Counted from the stretch's first letter, positions 35,944-47,300 are shown. The stretch: DNA of 64,000 nucleotides from Akkermansia muciniphila (GCA_945883905.1 CAMCYL010000004.1:2190-66189); one strand, 5' to 3'. A program made the numbers and translations. The notes: generated by a model from the sequence alone, not told the origin.

Positions 35944-37266
35944 TCAATCGTTTTTCGTTTTTAATAATTCTCGTATGACGTTTTTCATTTTGACTTCGAT
36001 ATTCGAAGAGCAAAAAGCTGCCGCACAACAAACTTCGTATCCGCCCTCTTGATATGCCTTTTTGGTTGGAATATAGCCAGGAGTGCAGTCGCCAAGCCCG
36101 GCAAAAGCGACAAACTGCTTGCCTGCAACTTTTTTTCCGTAAAGTTGATACTCAATAAACGGCTCCCCAGGAAGAGATAAAATTTGAGCAGATCCAATTT
36201 TATATAAAAAAATTCTTTGTTGGATAAGTTGCTTGCGATTAATTTGTGCGCCTCGCATGGCGAGAAGAGAATATCTCTCAAAAGAATCAACTTTGGGATC
36301 AATCACTTTTTTCTTCCAGTTTTTGAGGCTGCCAAGAAGCTTATATGGAAAATCAATCAATAATGATTTAACTCGTATATCACTTGCTTGTTCTTTCTGT
36401 AAACTAGAACTTTTAATCGATTTTAGAATTCCTTGAGCAAGTCTACTTCCAAATATCCTATAATTTTTCTCTGTATTAAGTGTTGAATATTTTCCAAGTG
36501 TAATTTGACCCTGACAGCCAGAAAAATAGACAAATGGTGTTCCTGGATATTTTTTTTGTAGGATAAGATGCATTTCGCCGACCATTTCTGAAGAATACAT
36601 TTGTAATCCTATAGAAGATTGTGGATGGGTAGCATAAAAACTTAAAGCGCCTAAAAGTTTTTGTTTTCGATCCCAAAATGTGACTGATTGAAGCTCAGGA
36701 TCAATAAGACCCTCAGGTTCTTGTTGAAGTTTTTTGTCTCGGCAAATACTCCATCGAGTGGCTCTCACTTTTCCCTTTTTATCAAGGATACGCCGATTAG
36801 AAGCCATTTTTTGGATAATCGTTTTGCCAAGGCCTATTTTATCAACCGCTTCAAATCGAGATAACGAGTCCCGAATCCCCTTTTTCATCAAACGAGATAC
36901 CCGCTTCCACCATCCCCTCTCCTTAAAAGTGAATCCATAGGCAAAAGGACGCCGAGAATCAATTTTTTCTGCATAATCGTCATCTCTCAGAAATGGTGCC
37001 TGATGTTGATGAACCGAATGCAACATGACATGATCTTCATTCGTCTTTGCCGCACGAGCAATAAGTTTTTTCCATTCTCTATAAAATCGACCTCCTATTT
37101 CACAATAATCAACTGCACAAAATACGGTTCTAATTTTGTTTTCTTCTAAAATAATACCCCTTGCCCATTGAGGATCTCGAATCCCATTTGAAATCGGAAG
37201 GAGTCCGCCACAAAGCGGAGCTCCTACAAGTCCAGTGACCTCAATTTGAAAAGAGGTAAGCTTCAT
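35944..37266 (-). CDS. Neutral-ceramidase-N-terminal-like hydrolase (hypothetical)
   Basis: ..GIRDPQWARGIILEEN..VFCAVDYCEI..VMLHSVHQHQAP.. parallels the ceramidase_alk N-domain pattern (..saTHTHsgP). ATGA overlap with the upstream gene. Confidence 0.35.
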   Translation of the reverse strand: MKLTSFQIEVTGLVGAPLCGGLLPISNGIRDPQWARGIILEENKIRTVFCAVDYCEIGGRFYREWKKLIARAAKTNEDHVMLHSVHQHQAPFLRDDDYAEKIDSRRPFAYGFTFKERGWWKRVSRLMKKGIRDSLSRFEAVDKIGLGKTIIQKMASNRRILDKKGKVRATRWSICRDKKLQQEPEGLIDPELQSVTFWDRKQKLLGALSFYATHPQSSIGLQMYSSEMVGEMHLILQKKYPGTPFVYFSGCQGQITLGKYSTLNTEKNYRIFGSRLAQGILKSIKSSSLQKEQASDIRVKSLLIDFPYKLLGSLKNWKKKVIDPKVDSFERYSLLAMRGAQINRKQLIQQRIFLYKIGSAQILSLPGEPFIEYQLYGKKVAGKQFVAFAGLGDCTPGYIPTKKAYQEGGYEVCCAAAFCSSNIEVKMKNVIRELLKTKND

Positions 37267-39452
37267 AATAAATACTCGATGGTTAAAAGTTCATAAGCAT
37301 TGACCTGAGGAACAGTAAGAAGCAATCCCCCTATTTGATTTTCAAAAAGAATCTCTTGTTTTGTCACTTGTGAAGTCACTCTTGTGACCTGTTGTACCTG
37401 TAATTTTATAGTGATCGATTGAAGTGGATGATGAGCACGGATCGGCCGAATCATATACCCCGTAGCATTGACAATGTGAAGTTGGAGCCCCCTTGTATTT
37501 TGGCGCAATTCGATCGCAACACTTTCTGGTGCATTTGTCTCAATTTGAAAGTCTTTCTGCAAGACCTTTCTTAAAAGAGAGCGAAAAAGTGCTTGATGAT
37601 CTGGAGGGGTATAACGCTTAAAATGATCAAACCAAGCGGCTCCAATGCCGACAACTTGACCTTTACCACGAGAGACCGCCCATAGCGTTCCAAATTCTTG
37701 AGATTCATGTACGGGCATATAAGCGATTCCATTGGGTGTCATCGGACACGCAAAAACAGAGGCTTCATCAAGTAGCTTCACCTTAAGGCTATAAAATGGT
37801 CGCGAAAAAATGCGACCTTTTTGAAATTCCTCTAAAGGCATTTGTAACTGCATGTAATCTTCAAGTGCTGAAGGTTTAAATCCACCGTTTATGGATTGAA
37901 TTCCCAGAAAGTGCATCCAAGTGGCATCATCAGTTGGATTTCCGCTTGCATCATATAACCCTGATTCGAAGGTTGAAATTAAAATACCTCCTTGTTCGAC
38001 AAAGTGCCGAATTTTCAGGCGCTGTTCTTGTGAAAGGCACGCCATATTGGGGAGAATTAAAATCTTTAAAGCGGCAAGTCGTTCTGAATCGAAGAGATGT
38101 TCGTCCCATAGAATTTGAAAAGGAAGATGCATACGAGTTAAAACCTCAAAACATCCTTTAATTTCCTTATTGAGAATTTCTGCGGAGACTTTACGGCGTT
38201 CCTTGAGATCTTTTTTTTCTCGACCATCCCCTTGATCTAAAATTAAGTTCACTTCAACGCCAGAGCCCACATTTTTAATCATTCCTGACTGCGTTGAATT
38301 ATAATAATAAAGGGTTTGATTTGAGATTAAAACACCGATCTCAGCCGCAGATCGGCTCTCAGACAAATAGTCTTCGATAGAATGAAGCGTGGCGTAACTT
38401 CCTGCACTTGCGAGTGCGTTTTCAGGATCGTCATGGAGAGCCTTCATATTAACTGCAATCCAAGGATGAGAGCCTCCTGCAACAGTTTGCGCTATCGCAG
38501 TTTGAATTTCACCCGCTGGAAGTGGAGTGTAATGCCAACCACTCATCATATGATGGATATAAAGAAGACCAGGAGCCGATGAGGCCGATAAAAATCGAGA
38601 CATGTGCAAAGTGTCAAAGAGACCTTGATCGTACTTGTTGGCATAATAAAATTCCTCTGCAGAATTAAACGTTTGTACGCTTTCCATTTTAAATGGGCAA
38701 CGAGCGATATCCATAGCAAAAGTATCATAGCCGCCTCCGTTAATCCAAATGGCGGCTTCAGAATGGACTGCTTGAGCCGCTTTTTGAGCATCTCGCATGA
38801 AAGCGACCCATGATTTCTTTCGAAATTCTTGAAGTCGTCCCCATAATGGATTTCCCCAATCTTCCCATTCTGGCATCTCTGCCTGAGAATTTTCTTTAGC
38901 GAACTGCTTTCGACAGTGCTCACAGTAACAGGCCTCGGGAAAAATAAGCGGACCATCTAGAAACACGCCATCAAATCCAACATAAAGAATCTCCTGAATA
39001 GATTGGAATGCCCAATCTCTCCAAGGAGAATTCACACACATGGTGATTCCATTGCCGTAAAGAGGATAACGATCTCCATAGAGAGTACCATCTCTAAATC
39101 GTTGCTCCCAGTCTTCGTGTCCCTCCCGAAAACTTTTTTTAAACCAATGCATGTTTAAATAGGAGATCAGCTTGACATCAACTTTCTTTGCCTCTGAAAT
39201 CCAATCCTTTAAAATTTGAAAGTTGTTTGATTTGCTTGGAATTTCTCCGTTGACCCAAGGAGCATCGGGTTCGTGACCTAAAAAAACATTCACCCATTCT
39301 ACATTAGCGTTCCAAAGTGTTTTTGCTTCTGGAGCAAATGAACGAAGATCAATATTCTGAATTTTTTGAAAAGGTTCGATATCACGACGAATCATGCGAA
39401 CTGGACGATTCCACCACGAGTTATTGCTAGACGAGAGGAGGGTTGTTTTCAT
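37263..39452 (-). CDS. GH42-like / TIM-barrel glycosidase-like protein with a beta-galactosidase-trimerisation-type (GATase1-like) middle domain, cytoplasmic
   Basis: ..VFLDGPLIFPEACYCEHCRKQF.. (Cys cluster as in GH42-like enzymes). ..LKILILPNMACLSQEQRLKIRHFVEQGGILISTFESG.. No signal peptide. Confidence 0.4.
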   Translation of the reverse strand: MKTTLLSSSNNSWWNRPVRMIRRDIEPFQKIQNIDLRSFAPEAKTLWNANVEWVNVFLGHEPDAPWVNGEIPSKSNNFQILKDWISEAKKVDVKLISYLNMHWFKKSFREGHEDWEQRFRDGTLYGDRYPLYGNGITMCVNSPWRDWAFQSIQEILYVGFDGVFLDGPLIFPEACYCEHCRKQFAKENSQAEMPEWEDWGNPLWGRLQEFRKKSWVAFMRDAQKAAQAVHSEAAIWINGGGYDTFAMDIARCPFKMESVQTFNSAEEFYYANKYDQGLFDTLHMSRFLSASSAPGLLYIHHMMSGWHYTPLPAGEIQTAIAQTVAGGSHPWIAVNMKALHDDPENALASAGSYATLHSIEDYLSESRSAAEIGVLISNQTLYYYNSTQSGMIKNVGSGVEVNLILDQGDGREKKDLKERRKVSAEILNKEIKGCFEVLTRMHLPFQILWDEHLFDSERLAALKILILPNMACLSQEQRLKIRHFVEQGGILISTFESGLYDASGNPTDDATWMHFLGIQSINGGFKPSALEDYMQLQMPLEEFQKGRIFSRPFYSLKVKLLDEASVFACPMTPNGIAYMPVHESQEFGTLWAVSRGKGQVVGIGAAWFDHFKRYTPPDHQALFRSLLRKVLQKDFQIETNAPESVAIELRQNTRGLQLHIVNATGYMIRPIRAHHPLQSITIKLQVQQVTRVTSQVTKQEILFENQIGGLLLTVPQVNAYELLTIEYLL

Positions 39453-39460
39453 AAAATTTT

Positions 39461-40633
39461 TTATATGTTTTTATAATTTAATAGATTTTCACGTAATGCG
39501 AGTGCGGCCGCCCCTTCTGCGGTTGCGGTGTGATCAAAAGAGGAGATTAAAATCTCTAAATTTTTAAGCGCATGAGGAAGACAACGCATCGAAAGTTGTT
39601 GTCGTAAAAGAGTCAATAGTTTTTCTCCTGTGTTAGTCAGACGTCCGCTGAGAATAATTTTTTCAGGATTAAGTAACGTGACTGTCGAGGAGATCCCAAT
39701 CCCAAGAAATTTAACAATCTCCATAAAAATTCCAAAAGCCGCCTTGTCTGAGGTTTGTAACGCTTTTGAGAAAGCAGAATAATCAAAGGACTCTAAATTT
39801 AAAACCGTATTAACGTTTTCTTGTTTAAGTCCGTTGATCCGTTTTTCTAAAGATATTTTACCAATGACCGACTCTAAACATCCGCGATTGCCACATAAAC
39901 AATGAGGCCCATTCTCCTCAACGATAAGATGACCGATTTCAAGCGCACATCCGTTAAAACCGTTATAAATTTCCCCGTTTTGAATTAAACCAGAGCCAAT
40001 CCCATGATCGAGTTCAATATGAAGTAAACTGTACGGTCGTGGATAAGGGAGAGCTCTATATTCACGATATGCACGCGCATTATTCGCAGAATAAAGTTGC
40101 ACGGGGACTTGCACGATCTTCTGAATCCAATGACAAATCGGAATTAATTCCCATCCTTGAATGTTGATTGCTTTTAAAGAAATTCCTTTTTGATTATCAA
40201 CAAGTCCAAGATCCGCAACGGCGATCGCTCGATAAGGGATTCCGATTCGATCACTTTTCTGGAGTTGATTTTTAAGAAGTTGAGTCAGGGCTTCATGAAC
40301 GTCTTCAACCTTGGGATGAGATGAAAGAGGGAGTTGTTCGGCTCCTTCCAGATTTCCACAAGCATTTAAGGTCACAAAAATAATTTCGTCATCCCGAATT
40401 TCAATCCCTCCATAATATCCATGCCGTTCATTAATTGAAATTTCAGGGGCTTTTCTTCCAGTTTTTTTGCTCTTCCTATCTGGCTCTAAGAGAATCCCCT
40501 TCTTTTTAAGGCTATTTACGGCGTCATAGAGAGTCGCAGGTCGAATTTGAAACTCCTCAACAAGCTCAATTCGCGTCATCTTTTCTCGTTGATAGAGTTT
40601 GTTTAAAATATTTGAATGAAGGTTTTTTATCAT
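39461..40633 (-). CDS. ROK-family transcriptional regulator (NagC/XylR type)
   Basis: N-terminal wHTH ..MTRIELVEEFQIRPATLYDAVNSLKKKGIL... ROK Zn motif ..GHLIVEENGPHCLCGNRGCLES... It lies 8 nt upstream of the next gene on the minus strand. Confidence 0.85.
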   Translation of the reverse strand: MIKNLHSNILNKLYQREKMTRIELVEEFQIRPATLYDAVNSLKKKGILLEPDRKSKKTGRKAPEISINERHGYYGGIEIRDDEIIFVTLNACGNLEGAEQLPLSSHPKVEDVHEALTQLLKNQLQKSDRIGIPYRAIAVADLGLVDNQKGISLKAINIQGWELIPICHWIQKIVQVPVQLYSANNARAYREYRALPYPRPYSLLHIELDHGIGSGLIQNGEIYNGFNGCALEIGHLIVEENGPHCLCGNRGCLESVIGKISLEKRINGLKQENVNTVLNLESFDYSAFSKALQTSDKAAFGIFMEIVKFLGIGISSTVTLLNPEKIILSGRLTNTGEKLLTLLRQQLSMRCLPHALKNLEILISSFDHTATAEGAAALALRENLLNYKNI

Positions 40634-40796
40634 TTTTAATTCAATTAAGTATTATAAAATATTTAAAAATACATTAATAATAAATATTTAATTTGATTAT
40701 GTATTATAATGGATGATAATTAAGAGTCAATCAGAATTATTGGATATTTTTCTGATCTTAGTGTCGATTCGAAACTAAAGCTTGCGAGGAGAAAAA

Positions 40797-41873
40797 ATGG
40801 CTAAAATAAGGCTCGGTATTATCGGAGCGGGAGGAATTGCTCGTAGAAGAGTACTTCCAGCCTTGAGTGATTGTGACAGAATTGATGTTGTCGCAGTAAT
40901 GGATCCACATACGGCCGCTGAGGTTGCAAAAGAATTTCAGATTTCAAAATTTTTTACTAATGAGGACGAGTTATTGAAGGATGCCTCTATAGATGCGGTT
41001 TATATTGCCTCCCCTGTTTTCGAGCACGAACGACAACTTGTTGCATGTGCAATGGCAAATAAGCACGTTCTTTGTGAAAAACCGTTGACGATGACTCTCC
41101 AACAAACAGAATCTGTGATTTCACTATTTCATCAAAGAAAACTCTTTTTACAAGAAGGGTATATGATGAAATTTCATGGCGCACATCAATGGATATCGAA
41201 AACAATTCGAGAGGGAAAAATCGGTAAGGTCGTTTCTCTGAGAGCGCAATTATCTTGCTGGTATCCTCCAATGAAAGGGGCATGGAGGCAGGTCAAATCA
41301 AAAGGAGGAGGGGGATGTTTAGTCGACATGTCGACGCATCTTTACGATCTATTGCTTGATTTTGCTGGGCCCATTCAAGGAATCTCTGCGCGAGTACATC
41401 ACCAAGTTCATGATTATGAAGTCGAGGATTCAGCCGTGACGTTACTCGATTTTAAATCAGGAGCGATCGGAACGGTTGAATCGTTTTTCTGTGTTCCCGA
41501 TCATGCGGTTCCGACGCGGCTGGAAATCTATGGAACTCAAGGAGCTATTTTATCTGAAGGAACGATTGGTCAGGGGGGTAGCGGAAGCTTAAAGGCAATT
41601 TTAAACGATGGACAAGAACGATACGAGTCGCAACAAAACAAGGGATCTATAAAATCCGGATTTGAAGATGTCTCATATCAAGAGGTAAATCCTTACCGTG
41701 CTGAGTTTGAACTTTTTGCAGAATGTATTCTGCAAAATCGACCTCTTCCCACCAATAATTCAAAAAATGCTTGGAGAATTTCCCACCTCGTTAATGCGGC
41801 TTATCGATCCTCTGATGAACAGCGACGTATCGAGGTCCCCTCAGAAGAAGTTTATTTAAAACTAATGAATTAA
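40797..41873 (+). CDS. Gfo/Idh/MocA-family oxidoreductase
   Basis: MAKIRLGIIGAGGIARRRVLPAL.., ..VLCEKPLTMT... The ATG at 40797 is preceded by gaggag. Confidence 0.85.
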   Translation: MAKIRLGIIGAGGIARRRVLPALSDCDRIDVVAVMDPHTAAEVAKEFQISKFFTNEDELLKDASIDAVYIASPVFEHERQLVACAMANKHVLCEKPLTMTLQQTESVISLFHQRKLFLQEGYMMKFHGAHQWISKTIREGKIGKVVSLRAQLSCWYPPMKGAWRQVKSKGGGGCLVDMSTHLYDLLLDFAGPIQGISARVHHQVHDYEVEDSAVTLLDFKSGAIGTVESFFCVPDHAVPTRLEIYGTQGAILSEGTIGQGGSGSLKAILNDGQERYESQQNKGSIKSGFEDVSYQEVNPYRAEFELFAECILQNRPLPTNNSKNAWRISHLVNAAYRSSDEQRRIEVPSEEVYLKLMN

Positions 41874-41904
41874 AATAAAAAAAGAATAGAAGTAAGGGCC
41901 ATAT

Positions 41905-43011
41905 ATGAAAATCGGATTGATTAAAGAGATTAAGAAACATGAGTATCGAGTTGGACTAACGCCGATGAGCGCCAAAGAGTATATTCAATCGGGCCATACC
42001 GTGCTTGTGGAATCTCAGGCAGGAATAGGATCTGGCTTTTCAGATGAGGATTATAGCCGTGCCGGATGTCAGATTGAATTATCTAAGAAAGCAATTTTTG
42101 ACCAATCTGAAATGATAATTAAAGTAAAAGAGCCGTTGCCTGAAGAGTTTGAGCTATTTCAAGAGGGACAAATACTTTACACTTATCTTCATCTAGCCGC
42201 AGATCGTCCTCAAGCTGAAGCACTTTTACGAAAAAAGGTGAGTGCCATTGCTTATGAAACAGTCGTTGAAAGCGATCGCTCTCTTCCATTGCTTGTTCCG
42301 ATGAGTCAGATTGCGGGACGACTTGCAATCCAAGAAGGAGCTAAATACCTTGAGAAACCGATGGGAGGAAGAGGGGTTCTATTGGGAGGAGTTCCAGGAA
42401 TTCGCAAAGGGAAGGTGCTTATTTTAGGGGGAGGGATCTCTGGGTTAAATGCCTGTCAAATGGCTGTTGGCTTAAATGCAGATGTCACGATTGTGGATAT
42501 TTCTTCAAAGCGTCTTGCTGAATTGGATTCAATGTTTGGAGGTCGAGTTAAAACTCTCTATTCAAATTTTTATAATATTGAAACAGAACTTGTGGATGCT
42601 GATTTAGTCATCGGTGCGGTTTTAATTCCTGGGGCTGCAACTCCTAAGTTAATTAAAAAAGAGCATCTCACAAAAATGAAACCCGGCTCTGTGATTGTTG
42701 ATGTCGCTGTTGATCAAGGAGGTTGTTGTGAGACAACCCGTGCGACTTATCACGATCAACCGACTTATGTGGTGGATGGAGTGATTCATTATTGTGTTGC
42801 GAATATGCCTGGAGCTGTAAGTCTTAGTTCGACTTTTGCGCTAACGAGTGTGACTAATCGATATGGACTTCAGATCGCAAATCAAGGACTTGAAGCGGCT
42901 TTAAAAAACTCGCAACCACTAAGGGAGGGATTAAATTGTTATCAAGGACGCTTGATGAATCAAGCCGTCGCAGAAGCGATTGATATTCCATTTGAACCTT
43001 ATTTAAATTAA
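41905..43011 (+). CDS. ald: Alanine dehydrogenase
   Basis: MKIGLIKEIKKHEYRVGLTP.., ..VLILGGGISGLNA.., ..VDVAVDQGGCCETTRATYHDQPTYVVDGVIHYCVANMPGAV is canonical Ald. Confidence 0.92.
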   Translation: MKIGLIKEIKKHEYRVGLTPMSAKEYIQSGHTVLVESQAGIGSGFSDEDYSRAGCQIELSKKAIFDQSEMIIKVKEPLPEEFELFQEGQILYTYLHLAADRPQAEALLRKKVSAIAYETVVESDRSLPLLVPMSQIAGRLAIQEGAKYLEKPMGGRGVLLGGVPGIRKGKVLILGGGISGLNACQMAVGLNADVTIVDISSKRLAELDSMFGGRVKTLYSNFYNIETELVDADLVIGAVLIPGAATPKLIKKEHLTKMKPGSVIVDVAVDQGGCCETTRATYHDQPTYVVDGVIHYCVANMPGAVSLSSTFALTSVTNRYGLQIANQGLEAALKNSQPLREGLNCYQGRLMNQAVAEAIDIPFEPYLN

Positions 43012-43052
43012 TTGTTCATGTATAAAGAAGTCCGAAACAAAGGAAGACACAA

Positions 43053-44372
43053 ATGAAAAAAAATAACGCTGGCGATTTTCGATATGCCGTGGGCGAAAAA
43101 ACAGTTCCTTGGAATGCCGTAGGTGAATTTTATGATGTTGAAGATGCCGTTCAAGTCGCGCGATTTTTATTTCCAACACAAGAACCGAATAGTGAGTATC
43201 AATCAGGTCTTAAATTAGTTCAAGAAGGACTCATGAAGATGCGTCAACAAGGAAAGCCTGCGACTAAGTTGACTCTCGGAAAAACGGTTCAAAAAGCGGA
43301 GGAAATCATTGCTGAGTACACAGGATCTAAATATGCCTGCTTGACGACGAACTGGACTGCGGGGATGGAGATCGCCTATAAACTTTCAGGATTACAGCCA
43401 GGTGATGAGGTCATTATGCCAGCGATTACTTTTGTCGCTACAATGGCCTATCCGTTGAGTATTGGAGCAAAAATTGTTTTTGCAGATATTGATCCTGAAA
43501 CGATTAATATCGATCCCGCTGACATTGAACGTAAAATTACTCCTAAAACTAAAATGATCGTTCCAGTTCATATCGGTGGAACTCCTTGTGACATGGATCC
43601 GATTATGGCGATTGCTAAAAAGCATAGTCTTTATGTCATGGAAGATGCCGCCCATGGACTCGGAGGAAAGTATAAAGGAAAAAGTCTTGGGTCTATCGCT
43701 CATTTTGGAGGACATTCACTCCATGAAGTGAAAAATATTAATTCTTTTGGAGAGGGGGGGACTCTCTTAACGAACTTAGACTGTGGAGAGCAATTTTCGA
43801 AAGCCCGCTTTCTTGGGCTTGATTTCACAAAAAAAATAAAAAATTGGCTTTATGATATCTCTCCGATTATTGATCGCTTTGGTAAACCTCAAGTCGCAGG
43901 AAACCACTCCTTTACAGAGATTCAAGCATTAGGACTCATTCTTCAGATGAAACGGCTTGATGAGATTATTGCAAGACGGAAAAAAGCAGCTCAAAAAATG
44001 AATGAAATTCTAAAGCAAGAACGAGGAATTTTAGTTGAAAAAGCGGACACACAAGAAACTTATGGAACCCATCATCTCTATTTGTTGCGAATCGAACCAC
44101 AAATCGTTGGTGGAACCATTCAAGAGCTAACAAAAAAACTTTCAGACAAAGGGCTTACTTGTATTACTCACTTTGGGCCAATGTATCGATTCAATATTCT
44201 TAAATCTTTTGGGTATGATGAAGAGAGCATCGCAAAAAGTTGCCCTGTGACTGAGCGAATGTTTGACACATCCTATACGCATCTACCATTGTACCCATTG
44301 ACAGAGGAGCAAATTAACTTTCAAGCGAATGCCGTGGTTGAAGCGGTAAGAGAAATGAAATCAAACAAATAA
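43053..44372 (+). CDS. DegT/DnrJ/EryC1/StrS-family PLP-dependent sugar aminotransferase
   Basis: ..EVIMPAITFVAT.., ..VMEDAAHGLGGKYKGKSLGS.., ..SLHEVKNINSFGEGGTL (PLP-Lys followed by GEGG). Confidence 0.85.
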   Translation: MKKNNAGDFRYAVGEKTVPWNAVGEFYDVEDAVQVARFLFPTQEPNSEYQSGLKLVQEGLMKMRQQGKPATKLTLGKTVQKAEEIIAEYTGSKYACLTTNWTAGMEIAYKLSGLQPGDEVIMPAITFVATMAYPLSIGAKIVFADIDPETINIDPADIERKITPKTKMIVPVHIGGTPCDMDPIMAIAKKHSLYVMEDAAHGLGGKYKGKSLGSIAHFGGHSLHEVKNINSFGEGGTLLTNLDCGEQFSKARFLGLDFTKKIKNWLYDISPIIDRFGKPQVAGNHSFTEIQALGLILQMKRLDEIIARRKKAAQKMNEILKQERGILVEKADTQETYGTHHLYLLRIEPQIVGGTIQELTKKLSDKGLTCITHFGPMYRFNILKSFGYDEESIAKSCPVTERMFDTSYTHLPLYPLTEEQINFQANAVVEAVREMKSNK

Positions 44373-44377
44373 ATTTT

Positions 44378-47300
44378 ATGTCGAAAATGACAAAACTACT
44401 CTCGATTTGCATAGGGCTCGTTTTATTTACATATTTAAAAGCGGAAATCGTAATTCCATTTTTTGATAAACCTCCTGTGGTCGATGGTCGGGTGTCTGAT
44501 AAGGAATGGGATGGGGCTCCAACACTCGACTTGGTAGGGTTAAAAGGAGACCCGATTACAAAATTGGCTCAGGTCCGAGTTGCGTACGATCAATCAAATC
44601 TTTACTTTTTGTTTATTAATCAAGAACCTGTAATGAAAAATCTCCGAAACGATTTTACTCATACTGAAGAGCGGGATGTCCAGATTTGGAGTGATGATGT
44701 CGTGGAGATGATTATTGATCCCTACCGCGCTGAAGCATCCGATGCTTTTCATATTCTTACGAATGCTCGGGGGATCGTCTATGATGCCCACAATCGCAAT
44801 ACCGTTTGGAATCCCCAAATAAAAATTTTAACTTCTAAAGAACAAGAACGTTGGATCGTCGAAGTCTCTCTTCCTTTTCGTGATATTGGATATACCCCGC
44901 AAGGAGGGGAACGATGGGATATGAATTTTGCTCGGCAAGAGAAACAAAAGGGAGAGTTGAGTAATTTAGTCGGTAAAGAAGGAGAAGCTGGCTTCATTCA
45001 TCCGAGTCGCAGAAAAACATTTATTTTTGGTGCTACCAAAAAAAATACGGTTGAACTTTTAGGCTTTTTAAAAAAGGGAGAACCTTTTGCTCAACTTCAG
45101 GTCAATAATTTTGGTACAGAAAAGAAGGAATGGATGATACGAGTGAATAGCACTCAAGATGGAAGTTCCCTCTCGACAGAAACAAAAAAAATTAGTTTAG
45201 ACGTTAAAAAAAGTGAAAAAATAGAGATTCCTTACATCATTAAGACTGGCACGCAACTTATTTCATTGGATGTTTTTGATCTGAATCTGAAGAAATCTGC
45301 CTATAAAAATCGAATCGAATACACAATCTATGATCCAAACGCATCGACTGCGCAACGTTATTGGAAAATAGAGGATCCACTTTACACAGAGCTTTTAGGT
45401 CAAGATTCTTACGGAATTATTAAAAACACGGGAATGCCAATTTTTGGAACAGGATTCGTTCATTTTAAATTTCGCACAGCAGGACTTCAGTATGGATTTC
45501 CATATTCTGAATTTGAGTATTATCAAACGGCGGCGCGTGATAAAATAAGAAATGTAATTCCTTGGCCTACCATTGAAGATCCTCGATATCCTAATTTTAG
45601 CCATTTTTCAAGGCAAACAGGAAGTAAAGCCTGTTTCTATCCATATTTTATCTTTGTTCCAGAAGTTCCCACTGTAAAAAGACATCCATTTCTCTATGAT
45701 CCTCGTGTAGAAGATTATTTTTTAAAAGATATCGAGCGAGGAATTAAAAAATATGGGGATATCATTGAAAGTCTTTGGTTTACAGATGAGCAATCAAGTG
45801 GAATGGCAGAATATGGAGTTCTTTTCTACGAAGAGCAGAAGGAAACATACCCCTTTATTCTTCAAGTGAATGAAACGGTTAAAAAAGAATATGGATATGG
45901 AAAGTGGGGGATTCCTGAAAATAAAGGAGATCGTAATCCCTTTCGATGGATCGCATGGAGACGTTGGCTTGCTGACCGCCAAGTCAATTTAATGTCGCGT
46001 GCTTTTAAATTGACAAAACAATTAGATCCTAAAATAGTCTTCATTTCTGAAGATCCTCAAGCGGTTCACCAAGCGGTAGATTATAGTCGTTGGAAAGGAA
46101 TATGTGATTTAGTCACACATCAATTATTTCCTCGTAAGACACCTGAGGACTATCACTTCGGCTTTATCACAAAACATATCGCAGATCTATCAGGTGTTTC
46201 TGAAATATGGCCCTGTCCGCATGTTGAAGAGTATGCAGGCAGCTTTACCCCTGAAGAAACGGTTGGTCTTTTAAGTCAAATGGTTCAAAATGGAGCCACG
46301 GGAATGACAATGGCGCCTGTCGATGCCATTGGAATGAGTGAAAAAAAGAAGACCCTACACGATGAAGAATTTGGAGCTCCTGATCGCTGGAAAACAGTTC
46401 TAAATGTCATTGATGAGTTGCGCCAAACTAAAAAACCAATCTATCCTAAAGCCGACCATGCTCTTTTATATTCGACGGATACGATTGCCACTTATCCCAT
46501 GTATGAAACGAATGAAGAATTACCGATGGGTTATACACTGTTAGGACCTAGTACTCGTGGGTGGTTTGATTTTATCAGCGACTATCAAATAGAGAGAAAA
46601 GAAAAGAATTTGAATCATTATAAGGCAATTTATATTGCAACTGCGAAGTATCAAAATGAGAAAACCGTCCGAGAGCTAATGAAATATGTGGAGGAGGGAG
46701 GTACCCTTGTTTCTTTGGATCCGGAAGTATTCTCCTTTTTTTCGAGTGGAGACTCATCAGCAGACTTGAGAGAAAAATTATTTGGCATTGAGGTTCTTGG
46801 ATCTGACTCACACTCAAGTCGAATTCAATGGGGAGAGATTAAAGACCTCGTTCAAGGAGGAACCCCTCAAAAGATTAAAATTAAAAATGAAAAAGTAACT
46901 GTTATCGGGAGCTTCGAAGATGGAACCCCTGCAATTGTTTCGAACACTTATGGCAAAGGAAAAGCGATTTACTTTGCATCATCCCCTTGTTTTTCACGTT
47001 GTGTGAATCATACAGGATGGAGAACTGCGTTGAAGAAGTTCCAAATCTCCTTAGGAATTCAAATCGATCAAAAAATTTGGCGGTACCAATTACCGATGAA
47101 TTTAGCTGCCAAACTACCAAGCAGAAAAAATAATTGTCTGACCAATAACTATGTCGAATGGCGTCAAATGAATCCAATTCCCATAGGAAATATAGATACA
47201 AAAGGAACATATCAATATGAAATTGCTCCAGATGCCGTCGCAGATATATCAGCAGTGAACACAGAAATTCCCTTTGAAAAAGGGAAGCTAACGAATCGTC

